Source: a virus. From it: 22,921 nt of DNA. The DNA is taken from positions 1 through 22,921 of IMG/VR virus record IMGVR_UViG_3300006903_000126; one strand, given 5' to 3'. The notes under the pieces were generated by a model that was not told the origin of the DNA, searched no databases, and saw only the letters and a program-made list of their open reading frames with translations. Numbering within the stretch: position 1 is the first letter of the stretch; each line of letters begins with the position of its first letter. The translations under genes and the position numbers were made by a program. Below are positions 15,544 to 21,958 of this stretch, piece after piece.

Positions 15544-15814
15544 CGACAGGCTCCTTCGGTGCCTTGACCATCAGTTTCAGGTTGGTGTCGTTCTCGGCGA
15601 TCTTGGCCGTGAGAGCTGCCTCATTGGCGAGAATCTTCCGAGCCTCTTCATCCAGTTCCTCGTTCGCGAGCTCGGCTCGCGCGAGGTTGACCTGCTTCTG
15701 ACCGTCAATCTGGGATAGGCGAGCCTGCCCCTGCTTTATCGTCTGTCGATGCTCGAGCGTTGCGAGCTCGAGGCGACGTCGTTCGATCGTGTAGTTGGGA
15801 CCCGCGTCAGCCAT
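15536..15814 (-). CDS. Small coiled-coil-like protein (92 aa)
   Basis: ATG 15814 with GTGAGGT upstream. Heptad-like charged sequence (RRRLELATLEHRQTIKQGQARLSQIDGQKQVNLARAELANEELDEEARKILANEAALTAKIAEN). 8-nt overlap with the next gene. Confidence 0.55.
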   Translation of the reverse strand: MADAGPNYTIERRRLELATLEHRQTIKQGQARLSQIDGQKQVNLARAELANEELDEEARKILANEAALTAKIAENDTNLKLMVKAPKEPVDG

Positions 15815-15821
15815 CTGAACC

Positions 15822-16181
15822 TCACTCAGCGAAGATGGTGCCTTCGTAGTCGCCGGACACGGGACCCGTGTTCTCGACCCGGAGAGCGATGACTGAACCC
15901 GCCGCGATGACCTCTGGGTTCGGCATGACCAAGTAGCCCTCGTTCACGCGGCTGAAACGAGCCTTGATCCCCTCCAGGGGAGCGTTGTCCACTTCGACCC
16001 ACATCTCGCCGTCAGTGGTTCCATGCACCTTGAAGCCACGCAGCTTCCGGGTGCCAGCCACCGTGCTAACGATGGTCTGCACACCACTCGGCGCCAGACC
16101 AGCGATGGCTCCCCGGACGTTCTGCGCGTTCGGAGCCCCACCGCTGCTGCCACCAGCGACAGGCTGGACGATGGCGGTCAT
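15822..16181 (-). CDS. Hypothetical 119-aa beta-rich protein directly after the capsid gene, a candidate head decoration protein
   Basis: ATG 16181 has GAGGA 5 nt upstream. The track's longer form (to 16358) would overlap the capsid gene by 100 nt and encodes an Arg/Ser/Pro-rich out-of-frame-looking leader. Function is inferred from position only. Confidence 0.55.
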   Translation of the reverse strand: MTAIVQPVAGGSSGGAPNAQNVRGAIAGLAPSGVQTIVSTVAGTRKLRGFKVHGTTDGEMWVEVDNAPLEGIKARFSRVNEGYLVMPNPEVIAAGSVIALRVENTGPVSGDYEGTIFAE

Positions 16182-16203
16182 GGCGATCCTCGTAGAGATG
16201 CGG

Positions 16204-16235
16204 GGGGCCGGGGGCCACCAAGGACCCTCGGCCCC
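16204..16235 (-). terminator. GC-rich stem-loop after the major capsid gene. It could be an attenuator, leaky terminator or mRNA stabiliser. There is no U-tract.
   Basis: Minus-sense fold: GGGGCCG-A-GGGTC-[CTTGGT]-GGCCC-C-CGGCCCC, giving 12 bp. One pair is G.U in the minus-sense RNA but a C.A mismatch in the plus sense, which favours function in the coding-sense transcript. It starts 22 nt after the MCP stop. Confidence 0.4.
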
Positions 16236-16257
16236 TCGTTCAGTGCCAGATCTGCGA

Positions 16258-17559
16258 TCAGGTCTGGAAGACGCGGACCTTGTTGCTGAAGGGCAGAGCC
16301 TTCTCAGCCAAGCCCCACATGCCGAAGACGATGAACATGCGGGTGAGCTGTCCGCCAACGCCGACGGGGATCTCGATGACCGTTGGGGCTGCGGAGCCCA
16401 GGTACGGCAGCGAGATGGTGGCCTCGTCGAGGACGTAGATGTCGCCCACGGTCTCCCCGTTGGCGCCTCCGGTCCCCGTGTAGGTCCCGATCGACGGCCC
16501 AGGCACCGGGATCAGCGGCAGTGCCCCAAACGGGCTGTTGAATGCCTGAGTCCGAACGCCGACCGCGATGTCGACGAGCTCAGACGTCCAACGCACGTTG
16601 GCTTCCTGCTGCTTGTCCAGGAGGTGCTTGTTGAAGGCCGACAGGTAGATCGCCGAGGCAGATCCGCCATCGTCCATGATCGGCACGCATGCCAAGTCGA
16701 GCTTGTCGATGAACTGGTCAGGGGTCCCTGCGAAGGGATCCATGTTCACGACGCGGCTGCCGTTGGTGTCCGTGTTGAGAAGCTGGCGAAGCCCGGTGAA
16801 GCCGTCCGGATCGAACTCGCCCGCCTCGGTGGAGGCGGTTCCGCCCGACTCGGTGTCGTTGGCGTTGCCACCGAAGATGGTCTTCTGCATCTTCGCGGCG
16901 ATCGCCACGAGCGCCGACCGCATCTCGAGCTGCTCGGGGTTGAAACCCGAGCCGGACTGGAGCGCGGCGAACTGCTGCTTCAGGGTGACTCCGCGCCGGG
17001 TGCCGATGATCGCGACGTTCGTGGTCTTCCGGCCGTACGTCCCACGATCGTCAACGACGGTTCCCAGCTCGGAGATGAACTCAGCGCCACCCGGGCTGGT
17101 CTGCTGGGTGAAGGTGTGGACCAGGCCGTTCGCGGGCTCCTTGGTGAAGCGATCCCACGCTGGGAAGGCTCGCACGAAGAGCTCGTACATGAACGGCTCG
17201 AGGTCCTGCCGCACCAGGGCAGAGCCGGAGGTCGTGTCGAGCGCCTTCTTCAGATCCGGGCTGGCTCCGACTGCGTCGATGAGCTGCTGCCCACCGGCTG
17301 CCAGCCAGACCTCGAGAGGAACGCCGGTCCCCCGGACGCGAAGCTGCTTGCTGAGCGCGTGGTAGACGTGCGGGGTCGCGAGCTTCCGCAGCTCCATCTG
17401 CATCTCGAAGATGTCATCTCCGGAGAGCAGCTTGCGTGCGGGTGTCTCGTCTCCCGGCCCTTCCACGATCGGCGTGGAGTGGGGAGTCGCGTTGAGGGCT
17501 TCGAGCTTCTGTCGAAACTCGTCGACGAGCGCGAGCCCTTCTGCGAGATCAGGGTGCAT
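16258..17559 (-). CDS. Major capsid protein, HK97 fold (433 aa from ATG 17559)
   Basis: Directly downstream of the prohead protease. AAGGAG is 6 nt before ATG 17559, whereas the track start at 17595 lacks an SD and lies deeper in the protease gene. Size and the pattern LDTTSGSALVRQDLEPFMYELFVRAFPAWDRFTKEPANGLVHTFTQQTS resemble HK97-type capsid proteins. Confidence 0.8.
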   Translation of the reverse strand: MHPDLAEGLALVDEFRQKLEALNATPHSTPIVEGPGDETPARKLLSGDDIFEMQMELRKLATPHVYHALSKQLRVRGTGVPLEVWLAAGGQQLIDAVGASPDLKKALDTTSGSALVRQDLEPFMYELFVRAFPAWDRFTKEPANGLVHTFTQQTSPGGAEFISELGTVVDDRGTYGRKTTNVAIIGTRRGVTLKQQFAALQSGSGFNPEQLEMRSALVAIAAKMQKTIFGGNANDTESGGTASTEAGEFDPDGFTGLRQLLNTDTNGSRVVNMDPFAGTPDQFIDKLDLACVPIMDDGGSASAIYLSAFNKHLLDKQQEANVRWTSELVDIAVGVRTQAFNSPFGALPLIPVPGPSIGTYTGTGGANGETVGDIYVLDEATISLPYLGSAAPTVIEIPVGVGGQLTRMFIVFGMWGLAEKALPFSNKVRVFQT

Positions 17560-19102
17560 CGGAAGCTCCTTGGTTGTGCTTGGCGATGTAGGCAAGGAGC
17601 TCGCCGCTGTACGGACCGCCCTTCAGGCGCTCCGCGAGGCCAGCGGCCTCACGTCGCACCACGGACTTCCGTCCAACCGGCATGCTCATCAGCCTGTTGA
17701 CGATCTCGACCGCGGTCGCGACATTCTTGTCGGCCTCGGCGAGCTTTGTGGTGAGAGCCTCGTTCTTGGCTGTCAGCTCAGCGGTCTTCGCTCTCTCGGC
17801 GATGAGTGTCGCTAGGGTCTCCCCCAGCACCCTCACGGTCTCGGTGAGACCGTTCAGCACTCCCTCGGCCTGGAGAGCTCGGATCTGAGCCTCGGCCTCC
17901 TTTTCGGCTTCCCCGTCAACCCCTGCGTCGCCTTCAGGGTCGCTCGCGGGTGGAGCTTCCTGATCGTCGGTGGGGTCAGCTTCCTCGCTCGCCGAATCCG
18001 GGGGGTCCGGGGCGGGCTCGGAGTTCAGGATCTCGGAGGCCATGTCCTTCGCAGTTCGACCCTCGAACTCGCTAGCTGCGACGCCATGCTCAAGCGCATA
18101 GTCGATCGAAGCCTGGACGGCCTCCTCCATTGCATCGAGATCGGTCCGACTGGCCTTGCCAGCCTCGACCTGAATCTGGTAGTGGGCGATGATCTGGTCC
18201 GGGCCATCGGCCTGGAAGACCCCGTCCTCGTCGTCGTCGGGCTCAGGCGGCTCGCCCGGCTCGGGAACCTCTGCCACCACGGTGGGTGGCTCTTCGGTCT
18301 CGTCGTCGACCTCTGTGTTGGCGAGGTCGAGATCCTCCTCGGGATCCACGGACGCCTCCTTCTTGCTGAACGACAGCCACTTCTGCCGCATCCGGTTGAA
18401 CTGGTCCTCGCTGGCGCCACGCACGGCGCCCTTCTGGATGAGGCCCTTGGTGGCGTTCTCGACCCAGCTCAGCGGGTTCGCGGGGATCCCGACCATGCTC
18501 GCTTCGAGAAGGATGACTTCGTTGATGATGAGCGGCGCCCAGTAGTCGCCCTCGTAGTCGGGGTCCTCCTCGAAGTCGGTGATTAGCGCCCCGATCGAGA
18601 TTCCAACCGTGACGCCGTTCTCCATCGAGGCGAAGGTGGCCTCGGCACGCGGGTTCGAGGAGTCCTCGAGGACGGTGATGTCCATCAAGGTGATCGGGTC
18701 GTTGGGGGCGCTCTTGTCGATGTAGCCCTGGGCCTTGGCCTCCGCGGCGGACATGGTCCGCGTGCGGGCCTTCTCGGCCACGCCGAAGACATCCTCGGGC
18801 AGCTTGTAGTTGTGGTTCAGGAAGATCGTCTTGCCGACGATCTGCTTCGTCATCGATCGAACGCAGGCGTCCGTCATCCGGTCGCCATGCAGGTCCTTGA
18901 CCGACGAGGAGGCAATGCCTCTGACCCGCTTGCGGCCATCCGAAGAGGCGGACGACTTGACGACCTTCAGCTCCCCCGTGAAGATCTTGAAGTCAGGTCG
19001 CTCGTGCTCCCCTTCGTCGCCGAGCAGCACGGTTCCCACCATTGGCTCGAGGGACTCGAGCAACTCCTGGGTCGACTGCGGCTTGGGCTTCGTGAGCGTC
19101 AT
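17549..19102 (-). CDS. Prohead (capsid maturation) protease of HK97/S78 type fused to an acidic, coiled-coil scaffold-like C-terminal half (517 aa)
   Basis: GAGGTG is 7 nt before ATG 19102. The N-terminal ~215 aa carry remembered S78 blocks: GIASSSVKDLHGDRM (candidate His72), FLNHN, GISIGA (candidate Ser169) and LLEASMVGIPANP. The C-terminal half has Asp/Glu/Pro-rich linkers followed by a helical region (IRALQAEGV...LTAKNEALTTKLAEADKNV). Confidence 0.8.
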   Translation of the reverse strand: MTLTKPKPQSTQELLESLEPMVGTVLLGDEGEHERPDFKIFTGELKVVKSSASSDGRKRVRGIASSSVKDLHGDRMTDACVRSMTKQIVGKTIFLNHNYKLPEDVFGVAEKARTRTMSAAEAKAQGYIDKSAPNDPITLMDITVLEDSSNPRAEATFASMENGVTVGISIGALITDFEEDPDYEGDYWAPLIINEVILLEASMVGIPANPLSWVENATKGLIQKGAVRGASEDQFNRMRQKWLSFSKKEASVDPEEDLDLANTEVDDETEEPPTVVAEVPEPGEPPEPDDDEDGVFQADGPDQIIAHYQIQVEAGKASRTDLDAMEEAVQASIDYALEHGVAASEFEGRTAKDMASEILNSEPAPDPPDSASEEADPTDDQEAPPASDPEGDAGVDGEAEKEAEAQIRALQAEGVLNGLTETVRVLGETLATLIAERAKTAELTAKNEALTTKLAEADKNVATAVEIVNRLMSMPVGRKSVVRREAAGLAERLKGGPYSGELLAYIAKHNQGASDAP

Positions 19103-20285
19103 GCGCTAGCACCTCGATGTACTCGTTGAACCTTGCCGCTGCCTCGTCCCAGACGAACGAGCGGGTGACGTGCTCCAGACCTGCCTGCTCGGCATCCCGA
19201 CGCCAGCGCCGCGATGCGTAGGCACGTTCGATGGCTTCGGAGAAGGCGCCGATGTCGGCGAGCCAATGGTCCTGTCCGAAGGGGACCGTGATCTCTCGCC
19301 CGGGTTCGATCAGCTCGCCACCAGGACCCACGACCTCGGGGATCGCAGATACGTTCTGGGCGATGACTGGAACGGCGCAGGCCAACGATTCGGCCAGCGT
19401 GAGCCCGAAGCCCTCACCTCGGCTTGTCGACACGAACAAGTCGAAGGCGTTGTAGATGGCGTTGAGATCCTGCTGGCTGTACCCCTGGTTGGTGATGAAC
19501 CGGCTCGGCACGCGGAACCGATCCAGCAGGTCGAGCTCGCGGCTGAAGAGCGCCGGGAGGTTGACACCCGATCGCTCGTCCTTGGGCTTGCAGTGGAAGT
19601 AGGTGACGACGTCTGAATGGCGACGCATCACCGGCAGCACGGCTTTCCAGGTGGATGCGAAGTCCTTGCGGCCGGTGTTGCGATCGACCCTGCCGATCAA
19701 GAACGAGTCCGGATCGAAACCGAAGGCCCGCTTGCAGTCCCTCTTGGTCCGAAGCACATCGCCGCGGCTGATGGTGATCGGCCGCTCCCCGGAGACCGGC
19801 CAGAAGAGATCCGTGTCGACGCCGTGGTAGACGAGCTTCGCCTCCGGCATGGCCTCCAGGCCGAACTTGCTCATCGCGACTCGGTTCGTGACCTGACCCA
19901 ACGGGTCGTACATCTTTGGGTTGTTGTACCCATCGATCGGGATGTAGGCCAAGACCGGAAACCGCTTGATGATGAGCCGCTCGGGATCGAAGCGGTTGTT
20001 CAGCAACCAGGCGTAGAGCACCTGCGGGTCGTTGAGCGTGACGATCACGTCAGGCATGACGTTGGCGGCCAGCTCGATGAACCGGCTCATCCCGTAGGTG
20101 TCCCCTGCATCATGGATGGTGGGGACGTACATCTGGACCTTGGTCGGGTAGGGGTCGCCTTTGTAGTTGGTCGCTAGGAGATGGACCTCGTGTCCGTACT
20201 GCTCGACCAGGCGATCTCCCAGGGCATGAGCAACTCGAGCGAAGCCGGTGGCGCTGCCACCGTCACCGATCCATAGGACGCGCAT
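18993..20285 (-). CDS. GT-B fold glycosyltransferase (family 1 / GT4-like), 430 aa
   Basis: GGAGGA lies upstream of ATG 20285. The N-terminus MRVLWIGDGGSATGFARVAHALGDRL is a typical GT-B start. The C-terminal domain has STSRGEGFGLTLAESLACAVPVIA, i.e. the E-x7-E motif. The last ~37 codons overlap the protease gene. Confidence 0.75.
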   Translation of the reverse strand: MRVLWIGDGGSATGFARVAHALGDRLVEQYGHEVHLLATNYKGDPYPTKVQMYVPTIHDAGDTYGMSRFIELAANVMPDVIVTLNDPQVLYAWLLNNRFDPERLIIKRFPVLAYIPIDGYNNPKMYDPLGQVTNRVAMSKFGLEAMPEAKLVYHGVDTDLFWPVSGERPITISRGDVLRTKRDCKRAFGFDPDSFLIGRVDRNTGRKDFASTWKAVLPVMRRHSDVVTYFHCKPKDERSGVNLPALFSRELDLLDRFRVPSRFITNQGYSQQDLNAIYNAFDLFVSTSRGEGFGLTLAESLACAVPVIAQNVSAIPEVVGPGGELIEPGREITVPFGQDHWLADIGAFSEAIERAYASRRWRRDAEQAGLEHVTRSFVWDEAAARFNEYIEVLAHDAHEAQAAVDPGVARVPRANGGNRAARRRRGARAT

Positions 20286-20400
20286 CGTTCCTCCACGCCA
20301 GGCAGCGAAACGCTGCGGGCTGATGGTGAAAGGCGAACAAGCGTGCTACGCTTGTGCGGGCGGACCCTGGGTCAGGGCTGAATGGCAGCTCGGGGGTCCG

Positions 20401-20466
20401 CCTCTCCTATTCCGGGGATGGCACGGCTAGCGTTTGACCGCTAGCCGTCCATTCGGCACGGAGAGG
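20401..20466. promoter_or_regulatory. Long imperfect palindrome or extended hairpin (~24 bp in total), a candidate operator or RNA processing/regulatory structure
   Basis: The inner repeat is a perfect 10-bp inverted repeat, acggctagcg (20423..20432) / cgctagccgt (20439..20448), with a 6-nt loop. It is flanked by ggatgg/ccattc (20416..20421 / 20449..20454). The outer arms are cctctcc/ggagagg (20401..20407 / 20460..20466). Confidence 0.5.
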
Positions 20467-20494
20467 AGATTCGTGAGGCGCACGATAACAGATG

Positions 20495-20514
20495 CCCTGT
20501 CGACTTGAACAGGG
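20495..20514 (-). terminator. Short hairpin immediately after the stop of the 103-aa gene, a weak intrinsic-terminator candidate
   Basis: ccctgt (20495..20500) / acaggg (20509..20514) with an 8-nt loop. In the minus sense it is followed by CAUCUGUUAUCG, which is only moderately U-rich. Confidence 0.3.
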
Positions 20515-20515
20515 T

Positions 20516-20827
20516 CTAGCTCACGGTGAGCGCCTGCGCCGCAACCTGGGAATCGTTGCTCGCATCACGCAGGACGAGGTTCCAGCTCCCTGGCTCGTCG
20601 AAGATGACGCTGAGCCAGTCGTGAAGTCCGCCGTGCGAGACGTCGAAGACGTGGCTCTTCAGGTTCTTGGCGATGTCCGACCCGGAGGGCCGCTCTGCCT
20701 CGATGTAGTAGCGGAACTCGCCCCCCGTCTTGTGGGGGCCACGAGCGTAATCGGCTCCGCTGACCGACACCTTGCAGATGTCGATGGTCGCGCGGGGAGC
20801 CGCTGGGTCGACTGCGATCGCCACCAT
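20516..20827 (-). CDS. Hypothetical small beta-sandwich-like protein (103 aa from ATG 20827)
   Basis: AGGAG is 6 nt before ATG 20827, right after the upstream TAG (20839..20841). The track's longer start (20887) overlaps the previous gene. The sequence alternates in a beta pattern (TIDICKVSVSG...EFRYYIEAE...SHVFDVS...WNLVLRDASN). Confidence 0.55.
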   Translation of the reverse strand: MVAIAVDPAAPRATIDICKVSVSGADYARGPHKTGGEFRYYIEAERPSGSDIAKNLKSHVFDVSHGGLHDWLSVIFDEPGSWNLVLRDASNDSQVAAQALTVS

Positions 20828-20838
20828 GAGCTTCTCCT

Positions 20839-21168
20839 CTACTCCGCCGCGACCTCGAAGTCGCGCTCGGCCTTGACGCCGCCGCATGAGATTGCGACGT
20901 GATGATTCCCGTCCACGACGGGCATGAACGATACCTGGACCTCACCGAAGGGATCGGTCATCAGCTCCAGCGCTCCGCGCGGGTCGGGCCAGATAGTAAT
21001 GACCGCAGGCTCCGAGGGCGGGAACTTGCTTCCTGTCACCGTGATCCCCTGGTGGATGACCAGCGGCTTCGGTCCGATGTCGATGGCTCCGCCGCTGGCG
21101 GCGGGAGCTGCCTTGGCGGGTGCCTTCTTCGCTGCTGGCTTCTTCGCGAGGGCCGTCTTGCTAGCCAT
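20839..21168 (-). CDS. Hypothetical small protein (109 aa) with a Lys/Ala/Pro-rich N-terminal tail and an Ig-like beta domain
   Basis: AAAGGAG is 4 nt before ATG 21168. The N-terminus is MASKTALAKKPAAKKAPAKAAPAASGG. This is followed by ITVTGSKFPPSEPAVITIW...GEVQVSF...HHVAISCGGVKAERDFEV. Confidence 0.6.
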   Translation of the reverse strand: MASKTALAKKPAAKKAPAKAAPAASGGAIDIGPKPLVIHQGITVTGSKFPPSEPAVITIWPDPRGALELMTDPFGEVQVSFMPVVDGNHHVAISCGGVKAERDFEVAAE

Positions 21169-21958
21169 CTGGCTCCTTTCCCTCGAATGCGAGGTCTCTC
21201 ACGGCTGACCACCATGCAAATGATTGCACGTAAGGCCAGCCCTTCTCTGCGGCAACACCAACACAGGCGTCATGCATCATCAGGATGTTGTGAGCCTCCC
21301 AGCCGCGATTGCCCTTTCCGATCTGGAAGTATCGCAGGTAGTCCTGCATCATCTCGTCGAGGCTGCGTACATGGTCGATGCGGCCGTACGGCCACCACAG
21401 CTCGATCCTGGCGCTCGGCCGGGAATGCAGGGTCTTCGGCCAGCCGAGGCTCCTGCGAAAGAGCCGTAGGTGCCCAGATGACATCGGATCCTGCTGCTCG
21501 CTGACCGATTCGACTCCGTCAACCAGCGTGTGAAACGGGATCCAGACTCCCTCTGCACCGACCGATTCCGCGTAGGCTGTCGCGGTCCACATCGACTCGA
21601 GCAGCTCCTTGCTCGGCATCTCATCCAAGGCGATGTCGAATAGCCACGGAGTCCGCACCGCAGACACGATCCGATCCATCGACGCGTCGCCATAGCCCAG
21701 GTGCGGCTCGCGGAGCACCTGGTCTCCGGGGCGGTTCGCCAAAGATTCGGCAATCTTGAGCGTCGAATCGGTCGATTCCTGCACACCGACGACAAGATTC
21801 GAGAACCAGCGCTTCATCAGCTTGAGGAGTGCGGGCATCCGCGCCTCCTCATTCCAGGCGACCATGACTCCGGTGCAGTCGGTGTATGGACCCCGGTTCG
21901 GAAGGCTGGTGCCGGTCTTGGCCGCGATCTCCTCGATTGGTTCCTCGACCCGGATCAT
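21161..21958 (-). CDS. GT-A fold (GT2-like) glycosyltransferase, 265 aa
   Basis: ATGA overlap with the upstream acyltransferase. GVMVAWNEEARMPALLKLM....LVVGVQESTDSTLKIAESL resembles the GT2 N-terminal nucleotide-sugar binding block. WLFDIALDEMP is a DxD-like motif, and HLRLFRRSLGWPKTLHSRP resembles the RlFr...vHE block of some GT2 members. Confidence 0.6.
   Translation of the reverse strand: MIRVEEPIEEIAAKTGTSLPNRGPYTDCTGVMVAWNEEARMPALLKLMKRWFSNLVVGVQESTDSTLKIAESLANRPGDQVLREPHLGYGDASMDRIVSAVRTPWLFDIALDEMPSKELLESMWTATAYAESVGAEGVWIPFHTLVDGVESVSEQQDPMSSGHLRLFRRSLGWPKTLHSRPSARIELWWPYGRIDHVRSLDEMMQDYLRYFQIGKGNRGWEAHNILMMHDACVGVAAEKGWPYVQSFAWWSAVRDLAFEGKEPDG

Noticed and set aside
16182-16358. Longer N-terminal versions of three track ORFs: 15822-16358, 16258-17595 and 20516-20887.
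   Set aside because: In each case an internal ATG with a good SD sits just after the upstream stop (16181, 17559 and 20827). The extra N-terminal residues overlap the preceding gene and look like out-of-frame sequence.
20286-20515. A tRNA, another known small RNA, or the plus-strand ORF 20248-20430 in the intergenic spacer.
   Set aside because: I could not fold a cloverleaf and found no GTTCGAATC-type T-loop. The plus-strand ORF starts inside the GT-B gene, has no SD and has an odd composition.

A weak extended -10-like TGTTATCGT (20482-20490, minus sense) has only a poor -35 (TTCAAG) inside a hairpin loop, so I do not call a promoter.
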